A program made the position numbers and the translations under genes. 64,000 nucleotides of DNA from a virus. Where the stretch lies: positions 99,929-163,928 of IMG/VR virus record IMGVR_UViG_3300031951_000017. One strand, given 5' to 3'. Positions 19,522 through 28,805 of this stretch are shown one piece after another. The notes under the pieces are model-generated. The model had not been told where the DNA came from, did no database searches, and saw nothing but the letters and a program-made list of their open reading frames with translations. How positions within the stretch are numbered: the first letter of the stretch is position 1; every line of letters starts with the position of its first letter.

Positions 19522-20346
19522 TTACCAATACCTAAAAGATGGACTCTTTTGTGGACTGAGTTCGTATTTTTTAAGACCTAAATCTTGAATCATTTTTTTA
19601 CCCATATCAATACCATTAAACACATCCTCAATCACAACATATTCATTTCTTGTGTGATATTGATAATAACCGATTGATATGTTGATACAAGAAAAGTCAA
19701 ACAAACTTTTAAGGGCATATACATCAGTATAGGGGTGAACCATATATTTTTTCTTGTCGTTCATTCCCTCTGTCAAAATTTTATCACAGGTACTGAAAAA
19801 TTCACCTTCCCTATCAAATAACTTAGCACCAAAACAAGTTTCAGTAATCATCCAGTTTTCAGGACCGTCGAATTGAATCGCATAACCAACATCAGAAAAG
19901 AAAGACTTGTCAGCATACCTTGAGCCATGACATCCAGTTTCCTCAGAAACAAAAAATGCGGCTTTAATGGTTTCCATCTCTTCCAAAAGTTCCATACAGG
20001 CAAATACTCCACATTTATCATCTCCACCAATACCTGTTGGTTCTCCGTGGTCATTATACGCCTTCAAAGACAATTTCAATTCTCTATGAGAATTTGGCAA
20101 CATTTCCTCAACAACATTAATTGAGTCTATTGGGTGGACAGTATCGGTGTGACATACAACACATGGGTATTTTTCATTATCATTAAGAATACCTTTTGTT
20201 GCATAGATATTAAAATGTTCATCAACCACAAAGTCAATGTTTTTTTCTTTAAGCCAATCACATATGTATTGTACCATTTTTTCCTCACGATAAGTGTGAG
20301 TCGGTACAGCTAATACCGATTTTAATAACGTTAAATCTCGATTCAT
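19522..20346 (-). CDS. M20/M28-family metallopeptidase
   Basis: HTDTV, GGDDK.G, EETG, YH motifs; ATG 20346 chosen because a TATATTTG promoter lies just upstream. Confidence 0.85.
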   Translation of the reverse strand: MNRDLTLLKSVLAVPTHTYREEKMVQYICDWLKEKNIDFVVDEHFNIYATKGILNDNEKYPCVVCHTDTVHPIDSINVVEEMLPNSHRELKLSLKAYNDHGEPTGIGGDDKCGVFACMELLEEMETIKAAFFVSEETGCHGSRYADKSFFSDVGYAIQFDGPENWMITETCFGAKLFDREGEFFSTCDKILTEGMNDKKKYMVHPYTDVYALKSLFDFSCINISIGYYQYHTRNEYVVIEDVFNGIDMGKKMIQDLGLKKYELSPQKSPSFRYW

Positions 20347-20382
20347 TTTTATTTGTTTAAGGTGCAAATATATGAATAATCC

Positions 20383-21444
20383 TTAATCAAACAACTCTGG
20401 GTGAAATAAAAATGTTAAAAAATCATCATAACCCATTTTAAATTCTTCAATTGTTTCAAAAGATGCTTGTGAATATTCTACAATAATTTTTCCTGCAAAA
20501 ATATTAAGAATCTTAAATTTAGAGTTTGTATTTTGTTTTTGTTTGGGAAATGAATACCAAGTATTATATTTATAGTCATACTTATGCATAAGTTCCTGGA
20601 GTTCATTATTTTTTTCTAGAACACCTGAATCCATATCTTCCTCTATCGCATCAATTATTTTGTCTAATTGATTTTCAACACTTCGATTAAATCCCTCTTT
20701 ATCAAAATTTTCCCAACTGAAATAATCAAAATAGTCATCATATAAATCTTCATCCAAAACTAAGTCTTCCATTTTCATTATATTATTCATCATTTCTAAA
20801 AAATCATCATCAAATCTTTCGTATTTTTCATAAAGTTTCAAAATGTTTTTAACATTTGTAACATACTTTAACTGGCATTTCACCTCAACAAATTTAAATT
20901 TTGTAAGGACTCCACAAAATTTTTGACTAAGATAATCTTTAAGTCCTGCAACTAAGGCAATATCATATTCATCGGCGTAGTCACCAACAATGTAATCCAC
21001 TTCTTTTTCAAATTTATCATACAAGAATGAAGCAATATCACTTTTAATATTCCAAAAATCTTCATTTTGTATCTCTGAAAATAATTTTATATTTGTTAAT
21101 CTAACAATTTCTTTTACTTTATTAATATTCTCATTATCGAATGAATCAAATATATATCCTTCCTTAAAGTCTTCTTCCGCCCAATATTTGTCGACAAACA
21201 TATGACCATATCCGTAACTATTACCAAAAACATTATTTATGTAGAACGTATTATTTGTGTAGTCATTACGGTTATCGAACATTGATAAAAATTCGGGTCT
21301 ACTAAAAAATACATTAACTACGGTTCTTTCTCGTTCTTCTTTTCTTAGTACAGGTATTTTTAGTACGTCATCATCAGACTCCCTAGTTGGGTCATAATCA
21401 ATTTCACCATTTACGTAAGATTTCAATGCGGTATATAAATTCAT
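20383..21444 (-). CDS. Hypothetical acidic protein
   Basis: 353-aa ORF. Confidence 0.7.
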   Translation of the reverse strand: MNLYTALKSYVNGEIDYDPTRESDDDVLKIPVLRKEERERTVVNVFFSRPEFLSMFDNRNDYTNNTFYINNVFGNSYGYGHMFVDKYWAEEDFKEGYIFDSFDNENINKVKEIVRLTNIKLFSEIQNEDFWNIKSDIASFLYDKFEKEVDYIVGDYADEYDIALVAGLKDYLSQKFCGVLTKFKFVEVKCQLKYVTNVKNILKLYEKYERFDDDFLEMMNNIMKMEDLVLDEDLYDDYFDYFSWENFDKEGFNRSVENQLDKIIDAIEEDMDSGVLEKNNELQELMHKYDYKYNTWYSFPKQKQNTNSKFKILNIFAGKIIVEYSQASFETIEEFKMGYDDFLTFLFHPELFD

Positions 21445-21480
21445 GTTTTTTTTACAAATATATTAATATCTTAATAAATA

Positions 21481-21512
21481 TTTGTTTTAATGAAAAGATA
21501 TTTATATCTTTG
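21481..21512 (+). promoter_or_regulatory. Bacteroidota sigma70-type promoter for tmRNA (-33 TTTG, 20-nt spacer, -7 TATCTTTG), overlapped by a TATTTAT box
   Basis: TTTG 21481-21484; TATCTTTG 21505-21512; GATATTTATA at 21497-21506. Confidence 0.7.
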
Positions 21513-21533
21513 TATCGTAGTTCTTTGATTTAT

Positions 21534-21927
21534 GGGGATGTTTTTGGCTTTGACAGGTATGATACGCCATAAAACGCACGTCGGAGCTGAATTAACTCCG
21601 TTAAACTGATTCAAATTGTAAACGGCAACGTTATCAACAAACTTTCAGTAGCTGGTTTAATCCGCACTGAAGAAGTAGCAGTAGCTTAATCTAGGATTAA
21701 CCTACAAAACGGGTCGGTAAGCATATAACCTTGGAACAGAAGCTCGTATTGTGGTGTGGTTTCTACCCAAAAAGAAACAAGTGGAGGATTAGTTCTCAGT
21801 AAACCGAACCACTATAAAATAAGGGAATTGTGAAGTTTTGGATTATTTAGAAAAATAATGACCTAAACGTGTAGTGTTTTATGTCTTACTTATTTGGACC
21901 CGGGTTCGACCCCCGGCATCTCCACCA
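21534..21927 (+). ncRNA. ssrA: tmRNA (transfer-messenger RNA)
   Basis: GGGGATG/CATCTCC acceptor stem with G3:U70 Ala determinant, encoded ACCA end, TTTGACAG 5' motif, T-arm CCGGG-TTCGACC-CCCGG, internal tag ORF 21624-21689 GNVINKLSVAGLIRTEEVAVA*. Confidence 0.95.
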
Positions 21928-21929
21928 TT

Positions 21930-21961
21930 AAATAAAGGGACTTTGGTCCCTTTATTTTTTT
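21930..21961 (+). terminator. Intrinsic terminator after tmRNA
   Basis: AAATAAAGGGAC-tttg-GTCCCTTTATTT followed by T-run. Confidence 0.88.
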
Positions 21962-21985
21962 ATGTATTTTTTATATTTATATCAT

Positions 21986-22834
21986 ATGAATAAAGATTTT
22001 GTTTTAAATGTTGTAAATAAAGTTGATAGATTTTGGGAATCATCAGATGGTGTTTTAAGTTTCACAACTAAATTAGTTAAGGATAAAAAATTCGCTGGGA
22101 TTTTTGAGAAGTTCAAGGGTAGTAGTCTATTTGTAATTTCTTTTCTAGTTCAGGCAAAGAAAAACAATCAAGATTTAGATAAAATTTTTGATGAACTTGA
22201 GAATAGTCTTTTTGTTTATAATACAATTACGGTAGAAGATACTGAACCAACTATAGAGTGTGATGCTTGTGATGGTGATGGTACATTTGAATGTCCTGAA
22301 TGTAATGGTAGTGGTAGGGAAGAATGCTGGGAGTGTGGTGGTAGTGGTGAAAAAGAGTGTGGGGATTGTGAGGGTACTGGTGAGGATTCAGATGGGGAAG
22401 AGTGTACAAGATGTTATGGTAGCGGAATGGAAACATGTAATGAGTGTCTTGGTGATGGTGAAACTAGGTGTGAACGATGTTCGGGTAAGGGTGACAAAGA
22501 ATGTTACAAATGTGAAGGTGAAGGTGAGGTCACTACTAAAGACCAATTCAAGGTTATACAAAGACAATACATTAGTTATGATGGTGAGTATTTAAATTAT
22601 CTTGAAAATTTAAAAAAAGAGGAAGAAATAGAATATTCCCCAACAACTGATAGAGCCTCATTACTAAGAGAAGATATTGGGTATATTGATTCTAGTTTAT
22701 ATGATTTTGAACAGGGTGTGGAATATTTTATGGACATATTCCTAAATGAAGATGGTAATGTCGGTGTTACCATATTAAATTCACACAATAAATTTATGTT
22801 CGATAGTTACGAACTAGATAATTATTTAGATTAA
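21986..22834 (+). CDS. DnaJ-type zinc-finger repeat protein (8 CxxCxGxG), no J-domain
   Basis: CDACDGDG...CYKCEGEG x8; no HPD motif; start 21986 follows a TATTTAT box (track start 21962). Confidence 0.85.
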   Translation: MNKDFVLNVVNKVDRFWESSDGVLSFTTKLVKDKKFAGIFEKFKGSSLFVISFLVQAKKNNQDLDKIFDELENSLFVYNTITVEDTEPTIECDACDGDGTFECPECNGSGREECWECGGSGEKECGDCEGTGEDSDGEECTRCYGSGMETCNECLGDGETRCERCSGKGDKECYKCEGEGEVTTKDQFKVIQRQYISYDGEYLNYLENLKKEEEIEYSPTTDRASLLREDIGYIDSSLYDFEQGVEYFMDIFLNEDGNVGVTILNSHNKFMFDSYELDNYLD

Positions 22835-22839
22835 AATAT

Positions 22840-23694
22840 ATGAATCCATTAATAAAACTTGCTTTAGTTAAAAGACTACAGAAATTGTGGAGACCAGGGG
22901 ATACTACCATTGGTTTTTTTAAAGATTTACGTGCTAACAAAAAAATCAAACATTTTTTTGAAAATTATGATTTAACTGATTTAATTGAAATTTGTATGTT
23001 AGTTAACGTCGCCAATCATGGTTTAGACCTTAATAAAGAATATGATTTAATGAAAAAAAATCTTTTTACATTTTCATTAATTAGGGTGGAGGAGTTGAGT
23101 CCTGAAGTTGATTGTGGGGTATGTGATGGGTCAGGGGAGATTAGGTGTGATTATTGTTATAACGGAAGTGTTGATTGTGCTCATTGTGATGGTGGTGATA
23201 TAGATTGTAGACGTTGTGATGGTAGTGGTGAAGGTCCAGATGAGGAGGATTGTACACATTGTGATGGTAGTGGTTATGAACAATGTGAATATTGTGATGG
23301 TGATGGAAAAATAGATTGTGATGAATGTGGTGGTACTGGTGATATAGGATGTGATGAGTGTGAAGCGTCAGGGTATGTTAATAGGGAAGATAGAATGCAG
23401 ATTTCACAACTTGAATATATAAGTTATGATGTTAAACTGAAAGATATATTAGAAAGAAAAAACGAATTTGACGTTATGAGTGATGAAATTATGGAATACA
23501 TATCAAATTCTAAAAGTACTAGTATATTGAGTGACTTTGGTGGAATTAACGATGAATCAAAAATAGTTTTAGATGATGCTGATTTTGAAGAGGGTGTTGT
23601 GTATTTTGGTGAGTTAAATTTACATCACATTTATATTAGAAATTTTTCTAGAAGTGTAGTGACTGATGGTAATTTAGAACAATATTACGATTAA
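22840..23694 (+). CDS. DnaJ-type zinc-finger repeat protein, paralog of upstream gene
   Basis: 8 CxxC(x)GxG-like units; shared YISYD and FE.GV.YF motifs. Confidence 0.85.
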   Translation: MNPLIKLALVKRLQKLWRPGDTTIGFFKDLRANKKIKHFFENYDLTDLIEICMLVNVANHGLDLNKEYDLMKKNLFTFSLIRVEELSPEVDCGVCDGSGEIRCDYCYNGSVDCAHCDGGDIDCRRCDGSGEGPDEEDCTHCDGSGYEQCEYCDGDGKIDCDECGGTGDIGCDECEASGYVNREDRMQISQLEYISYDVKLKDILERKNEFDVMSDEIMEYISNSKSTSILSDFGGINDESKIVLDDADFEEGVVYFGELNLHHIYIRNFSRSVVTDGNLEQYYD

Positions 23695-24311
23695 ATTTGT
23701 GTATGTAGAGAATTTGATTCTCTAAGAATGTCTTTTTTGAAATCTTCTGTAAATTCACCATTAACAACAATTTCGGTTGTGGGTTCACTGAATACCCAAT
23801 CCATACCTAACATCCCTATTAAATGTTTATCCCGGTCATATATGGGACAGGCAACGTGAGATTGAGTTCCATATGATGATAAAAAAGCTCTAGTAGAAAT
23901 ATCTTCAATTTTATTCAAATCAGTGTAAAACATTTTTTCATCAACCATTTGACGGATATACCAATTAAAATGTGATACTAAAACATTTTGAAATTTGTCT
24001 GATAATTTCTCTAAACCATCAGAACATCTTTCATATGTCATTGTAGATTTTTGCATTGGGGATTCAGTATAGAAATTACCCCCATTGTGGTATTGAATGA
24101 TGAATATACGGTCACAATTATATAACCTTCTTAATTCTCGTAAAGCAAAATGAACAATCTCATCTTTTTTTATACGTGCAATTAGACCTTCTCTAGATTT
24201 TTTTTCCTTCTTTTTTTCCTGCCAATTTCTAAAAAAACCTGAAGCAATCAAAGCGACTAATATCGAGGTTATTGAGGTAATCCCCAATTCTATAATTTTC
24301 ATGTAATCCAT
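23691..24311 (-). CDS. N-terminal TM + GAF-domain protein (T4 holin T-like architecture)
   Basis: TM IIELGITSITSILVALIASGFF; GAF-like FLSSYGTQSHVACPIYD....IGMLGMDW. Confidence 0.65.
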   Translation of the reverse strand: MDYMKIIELGITSITSILVALIASGFFRNWQEKKKEKKSREGLIARIKKDEIVHFALRELRRLYNCDRIFIIQYHNGGNFYTESPMQKSTMTYERCSDGLEKLSDKFQNVLVSHFNWYIRQMVDEKMFYTDLNKIEDISTRAFLSSYGTQSHVACPIYDRDKHLIGMLGMDWVFSEPTTEIVVNGEFTEDFKKDILRESNSLHTQI

Positions 24312-24349
24312 TCAAATAGTATAACAAATAATAAATATCACCTATTCTA

Positions 24350-25294
24350 TTATTGTTTACCATACATACCAATCAAATAGTCTTTGATGTGAAGAAAACT
24401 CTTAGTGATATCAAACCCAGCAAAATAATTTCTCAACTTGCCTAAGTCTAATCTATATTCCCTATCATGACCCAATCTGTCAGGAACAAATTCAATTGTT
24501 GCCGTATTATCAGGAACTATCTCTTGAATCATTTTAATAATTTCAATATTCTGAAATTCAATGTTTGAACCAATGTTGAATGTGTCATTTATGATATGTT
24601 CGTTAAACATAAATTCAGCAATTATTCTAACATTGTCATAAACATAAATCCATTCTCTTGATTGTTTCCCATCACCATATACAGGTATGTTTTTACCTTC
24701 TTTGATTGAATTATAAATGACAGGTAAAAACTTTTCTTTGAACTGGTGTTCGCCAAAGTTATTACAAGTTCTTGTTATCAAATATGGTAACCCATATGTT
24801 CTATGACAAGCTTTAACCAATAAATCCGCAGCAGCCTTTGATGCTGAATAATATGAACTTGGATTTAATTCATGGTCTTCATTTGCCGACTTATGTTTAA
24901 AAACAACCGATTCCATATCACCATACACCTCGTCTGTCGATATTTGGATGAACTTCTTCAATCTTTTGTTTTGTCTTGCACACTCAAGTAGATTAAACGT
25001 CCCTTCAATATTTGATTTAATAAATGGTTTTCCATTTTTAATCGAATTATCAACATGTGATTCTGCGGCAAAGTTTACAAGATAATCATATTCACCTAAG
25101 TCTTTAGGAGTGACATCACAAATATCCTTCTCAAGGAATTGGTCATCAAGTCCAAACTCTATTTTTATATTGTCAAGATTTGAGCAATATGTTAATGAAT
25201 CAACACATAAAATGTTACAATGAAAATTCTCTTTTAAATAATTAATAAATGCAGAACCTATAAATCCCGCACCACCTGTGACTACTACTCTCAT
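24350..25294 (-). CDS. rfbB: dTDP-glucose 4,6-dehydratase
   Basis: VTGGAGFIGS, FAAESHVD.SI, ISTDEVYG, YSASKAA, DRLGHD.EY. Confidence 0.93.
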   Translation of the reverse strand: MRVVVTGGAGFIGSAFINYLKENFHCNILCVDSLTYCSNLDNIKIEFGLDDQFLEKDICDVTPKDLGEYDYLVNFAAESHVDNSIKNGKPFIKSNIEGTFNLLECARQNKRLKKFIQISTDEVYGDMESVVFKHKSANEDHELNPSSYYSASKAAADLLVKACHRTYGLPYLITRTCNNFGEHQFKEKFLPVIYNSIKEGKNIPVYGDGKQSREWIYVYDNVRIIAEFMFNEHIINDTFNIGSNIEFQNIEIIKMIQEIVPDNTATIEFVPDRLGHDREYRLDLGKLRNYFAGFDITKSFLHIKDYLIGMYGKQ

Positions 25295-25467
25295 ATTTTT
25301 TTTATTTCGTATTTGTATCCTGAATCAGAATTTTGTTCAAAAATCTCCTTAAATTTAATTGCCTCTTCCTGGACATCAAATTCTAAAACTTCACCATGTG
25401 AATCTAAAATGATTACAGGTAAAGACACTCCTTTTTTGTTTTCAATATATTTTAAAATTACCCACAT
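25291..25467 (-). CDS. Small hypothetical protein (58 aa)
   Basis: Not in track; MWVILKYIENKKGVSLPVIILDSHGEVLEF...KYEIKKI*; TGA overlaps the rfbB ATG (ATGA). Confidence 0.7.
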   Translation of the reverse strand: MWVILKYIENKKGVSLPVIILDSHGEVLEFDVQEEAIKFKEIFEQNSDSGYKYEIKKI

Positions 25468-25511
25468 ATATCGTTTGTTTTGTACAAAGATAAACTATTT
25501 AACGTTTTCTC

Positions 25512-27497
25512 TCAACTTTTTTTCAAAAAAATTTCTTGCCACTCTTTTCTCCGATTATCTATATCAGTTTTATTCTGTGGTTTTACAATTTTTGGGCTGT
25601 CCACAATAGATTTAATAATTTTTAAGTTTTCCTTATTATTTATATACTCTAAAATTTTTTTATTGTCATTTACTTTATACTTTTCATTATTTTCAATAAT
25701 GACAGGATTGAATTTTTTTAAATCTACATTGGTGACTAGCTTACTAATCAAATTATTTTTTTCTTTATTATTAATGGTGTCGGTATTATTTACAATAATA
25801 TTTTCAGATAATATTTCTTTAATAGTTGATGTCTCCTCCTCAACTTTATTTTTAACCTCTGTTAAATTTATATTTTTTAAATCATTTGTTTTTTCAACTA
25901 AGTTGTTCTTTTTTTGTTTAATTACTATGTAATTTTTATTTATTTTTTTGTTAATTGTATCTAATTTTAAATTTCTATTTTCCTTTAAGTTTTTAGATTG
26001 GATTTCAATATGTTCTTTTTCAGTTTTAGTTAGTTTAAATTTAAGTTTGTTGTATCTAGGTAGGGAATATATATACTTTTCAGTTCTTTTTTGAAGTGTG
26101 GTATCTTTAACTGACGAATTAATGGTGTGTGTGTTTCTATTATGCCAATTATACACATAGGTGATGTCATTAAATTTTTTAAAGTGTTCTTTCCCTGCCA
26201 TTTCAAGCATCGGCATTCCGTAAGCAATATCATTTGCGGCTTTTATAAACTCACCTTCAAACATTAAATCTGTTTTTTTAATATTTCTAAATAAAAACGC
26301 CTTAAAAACTCTCATGGCTGAAAATCCCCAAATGTTTTTTCTAGGATTATCAGCATCAGGTATTGCGGTAAATGGTGATTTTCTTCTAAAATTGTCTATC
26401 CAATTATAACCAGCAATCCATAAATCTAGATTTGAAAAATGGTAATCTACTTTATTTAAAACGTCATTTCCAAAAAAATAATCGTCTCCGTCTAATTCAA
26501 TTATTACATCTTCATCATCAATTAACTCGTTATTATTAATTAATTCATAAAAATTTTGTGTTTTAAATTTTTGAGTAGTGTTTTTAAAAATAGTGAACCT
26601 AGTATCATCACTAATCTCTTCTAATAGAGTTTCATATGTCCCATCATTAGAATTATCATCAATTACAAATACTTTAAAATTTTTGTATTGTTGTCGTTTA
26701 ATTGAATTAACATAAGTTCTAACAAAATTTTTAGCATTCCAAATAGTACTAACTATTATTAGATTACTTTTTACTTTATTAGGAACATCAATTCTTTTTT
26801 GAAAATCTGATATGACTAAATCAGGTAAAGGTCCATAATTACTAGTTTTTCTTTTCGAACTTCTAATTTCATGATATTTTTTTCGTATTGTCGAATTCAT
26901 GTTTGTGTTTGAAGCATTCGACAAACTCTGATTGTAACGTCTATAAAAAAAAGGTGCTTCAGAAAGATACCTAATTTTGAATTTATTAGATTCTACCCTC
27001 CAAAAAAATTCATTGTCGGCGGCACACACCCAAGGTTCAAAACCATTTAAAAATTTAAAAACATGTTTATTAATTCCAAAAGCCCCTGCAGCGTAATTAT
27101 TAGATGATGTTTCATTTATTAATTTAAGTTCTTCATTTTCTTTAAAATTAAAAAAAGAAAATTTAACAAAATCAAAATTATCCAATAATTCATTAGTTTT
27201 TGAAACCAAATTTTTTGACATTAAATCATCAGAATCAAAAAAAATAATTTTTTTATACTGACATTCTTTAAATAGAGTATTACGTATAATATAAGTGCCA
27301 GGTTTTTTTTTAAAGAAAAATAATTTTAAATTTTGATATTTTTTTTTTTGATTAAGAACTGATTTATATGTTTTTTCACAATTGTCAATACCTAATAATA
27401 TTTCATATTCTAAATTTTTACAAGAACTAATAACTGAATCAAGACATTCATGTATAAATTCATCATTATTATATGCCGTAATTACAATTGAAATCAT
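25512..27497 (-). CDS. Double GT2 glycosyltransferase with low-complexity C-terminal tail
   Basis: Two GT-A domains (ISIVITAYN...FFDSDD; VIDDNSNDGT...LDGDD). Confidence 0.88.
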   Translation of the reverse strand: MISIVITAYNNDEFIHECLDSVISSCKNLEYEILLGIDNCEKTYKSVLNQKKKYQNLKLFFFKKKPGTYIIRNTLFKECQYKKIIFFDSDDLMSKNLVSKTNELLDNFDFVKFSFFNFKENEELKLINETSSNNYAAGAFGINKHVFKFLNGFEPWVCAADNEFFWRVESNKFKIRYLSEAPFFYRRYNQSLSNASNTNMNSTIRKKYHEIRSSKRKTSNYGPLPDLVISDFQKRIDVPNKVKSNLIIVSTIWNAKNFVRTYVNSIKRQQYKNFKVFVIDDNSNDGTYETLLEEISDDTRFTIFKNTTQKFKTQNFYELINNNELIDDEDVIIELDGDDYFFGNDVLNKVDYHFSNLDLWIAGYNWIDNFRRKSPFTAIPDADNPRKNIWGFSAMRVFKAFLFRNIKKTDLMFEGEFIKAANDIAYGMPMLEMAGKEHFKKFNDITYVYNWHNRNTHTINSSVKDTTLQKRTEKYIYSLPRYNKLKFKLTKTEKEHIEIQSKNLKENRNLKLDTINKKINKNYIVIKQKKNNLVEKTNDLKNINLTEVKNKVEEETSTIKEILSENIIVNNTDTINNKEKNNLISKLVTNVDLKKFNPVIIENNEKYKVNDNKKILEYINNKENLKIIKSIVDSPKIVKPQNKTDIDNRRKEWQEIFLKKS

Positions 27498-28228
27498 CGT
27501 TTTTCTTTTTGTCTCATTTTTAAATACTCATCTAAAACTTTCCTTTCATTTAATTTAGATGAAGGGTCATCCATGTGTATTGCATAATTTGGGATAGTTC
27601 CATAATGCTTATTTCTTGTGATGTTAACTTTACCACTTTTCACACAAAATGGTGTTGCAAAATAGCCCATTTTTTTTCCCTCAGGTAAATAAAATCCACC
27701 AGTTAATTCAAAAATTTCTCGTGTCATTAATGTTGCCCCCAATCCAGTTCTAGGTACTTTTAATGTGTTATCATTAATTTTTTCAACACCCTCATCTAAA
27801 TTATATCTAGCGTAGTCATAAAATGAAACAATACCACAATCATTAAATTTGGACATAATTTCAATAACCGCTAAATCCCAATATCTATGAAAATACATAT
27901 CATCATTTGCCATTACAAAAACTTTTGATTTTGAGAGTCTGATTATCTCATTGAAATTGTTAGCGGTTCCCTTGTTTTTATTATTTAATACTAAGTGATG
28001 TATTTTTCCATCCTTTTCCATTTTTTTTAACCACTCAACAGAACCATCAGTAGATGAATCATCAATAACATATAAATTATATTTAACACTAGTCGATGCT
28101 ATAATACTATTAATACATTTTTGTAAATACACTAATCTATTATAAGTTACTACACAAATATCGATTGTATTTCCAAATTCAAATCCCTTAACTAAATTAT
28201 CCCTAATTTCTTTTTTGAAGTAGTCCAT
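27494..28228 (-). CDS. GT2 glycosyltransferase
   Basis: ICVVTYNR, VIDDSSTDGS, NDDMYF; start MDYF at 28228 (track 28255). Confidence 0.88.
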   Translation of the reverse strand: MDYFKKEIRDNLVKGFEFGNTIDICVVTYNRLVYLQKCINSIIASTSVKYNLYVIDDSSTDGSVEWLKKMEKDGKIHHLVLNNKNKGTANNFNEIIRLSKSKVFVMANDDMYFHRYWDLAVIEIMSKFNDCGIVSFYDYARYNLDEGVEKINDNTLKVPRTGLGATLMTREIFELTGGFYLPEGKKMGYFATPFCVKSGKVNITRNKHYGTIPNYAIHMDDPSSKLNERKVLDEYLKMRQKEKR

Positions 28229-28232
28229 ATTT

Positions 28233-28805
28233 TTAATTTTTAACCCAAATAACACCTAGGTGGTCCTTATCAATTTTCACACATTTTGTGTCCTTACCTA
28301 ATATCTTAATAAAATCCTCCTGAAAAAATGTCCAGTGGTGTAATTTTACACCTCTATCTAAATTACTATTGGGGTAGGGTACCGTAATGAACAAATTACC
28401 ATTTGGTTTTAACCAATTTTTCATATTATTAATTATTAATTCAGGGTTATCAACATGTTCTAAAGTTTGTGAATTAATAATTAAATCAAATTTATTATCG
28501 TGATTAGCCTTTTCGGCATCCTCACAAATAAATTTAATATGTGGATAATATTCTGAAGCTTTGTTAATTGCTATTTCAGATAAATCAGAACCAACCAAAT
28601 TTAATTTTTTATTTTTGTTATATATCCAATCTAATGTTTTTCCAAAACCACAACCAACCTCTAAAACATCTCCATTTTTTGGTATTAATTTTGTTAATAA
28701 TGGAATCATCCATTCATTGAATCTTTCTTTCTGTGGATTAAATTTATTATAAAATTCATCCATTTTTTCTTTTGTGTTTGGATTTACGTTAAATCTTTTT
28801 TTCAT
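28233..28805 (-). CDS. Class I SAM-dependent methyltransferase
   Basis: VLEVGCGFG, GSDLS, FDLI....LEHV..P, LKPNG.L.ITVP. Confidence 0.9.
   Translation of the reverse strand: MKKRFNVNPNTKEKMDEFYNKFNPQKERFNEWMIPLLTKLIPKNGDVLEVGCGFGKTLDWIYNKNKKLNLVGSDLSEIAINKASEYYPHIKFICEDAEKANHDNKFDLIINSQTLEHVDNPELIINNMKNWLKPNGNLFITVPYPNSNLDRGVKLHHWTFFQEDFIKILGKDTKCVKIDKDHLGVIWVKN

Noticed and set aside
21890-21927. Stand-alone tRNA
   Set aside because: The T-arm/CCA end pairs with 21534-21540 about 390 nt upstream and encloses a tag ORF, so it is the tmRNA 3' end. No other tRNA was seen.
27303-27349. A9/A11 homopolymers in the GT2 gene as phase-variation tracts
   Set aside because: Long A/T runs are common across this AT-rich window and the frame is intact; no evidence without read data.
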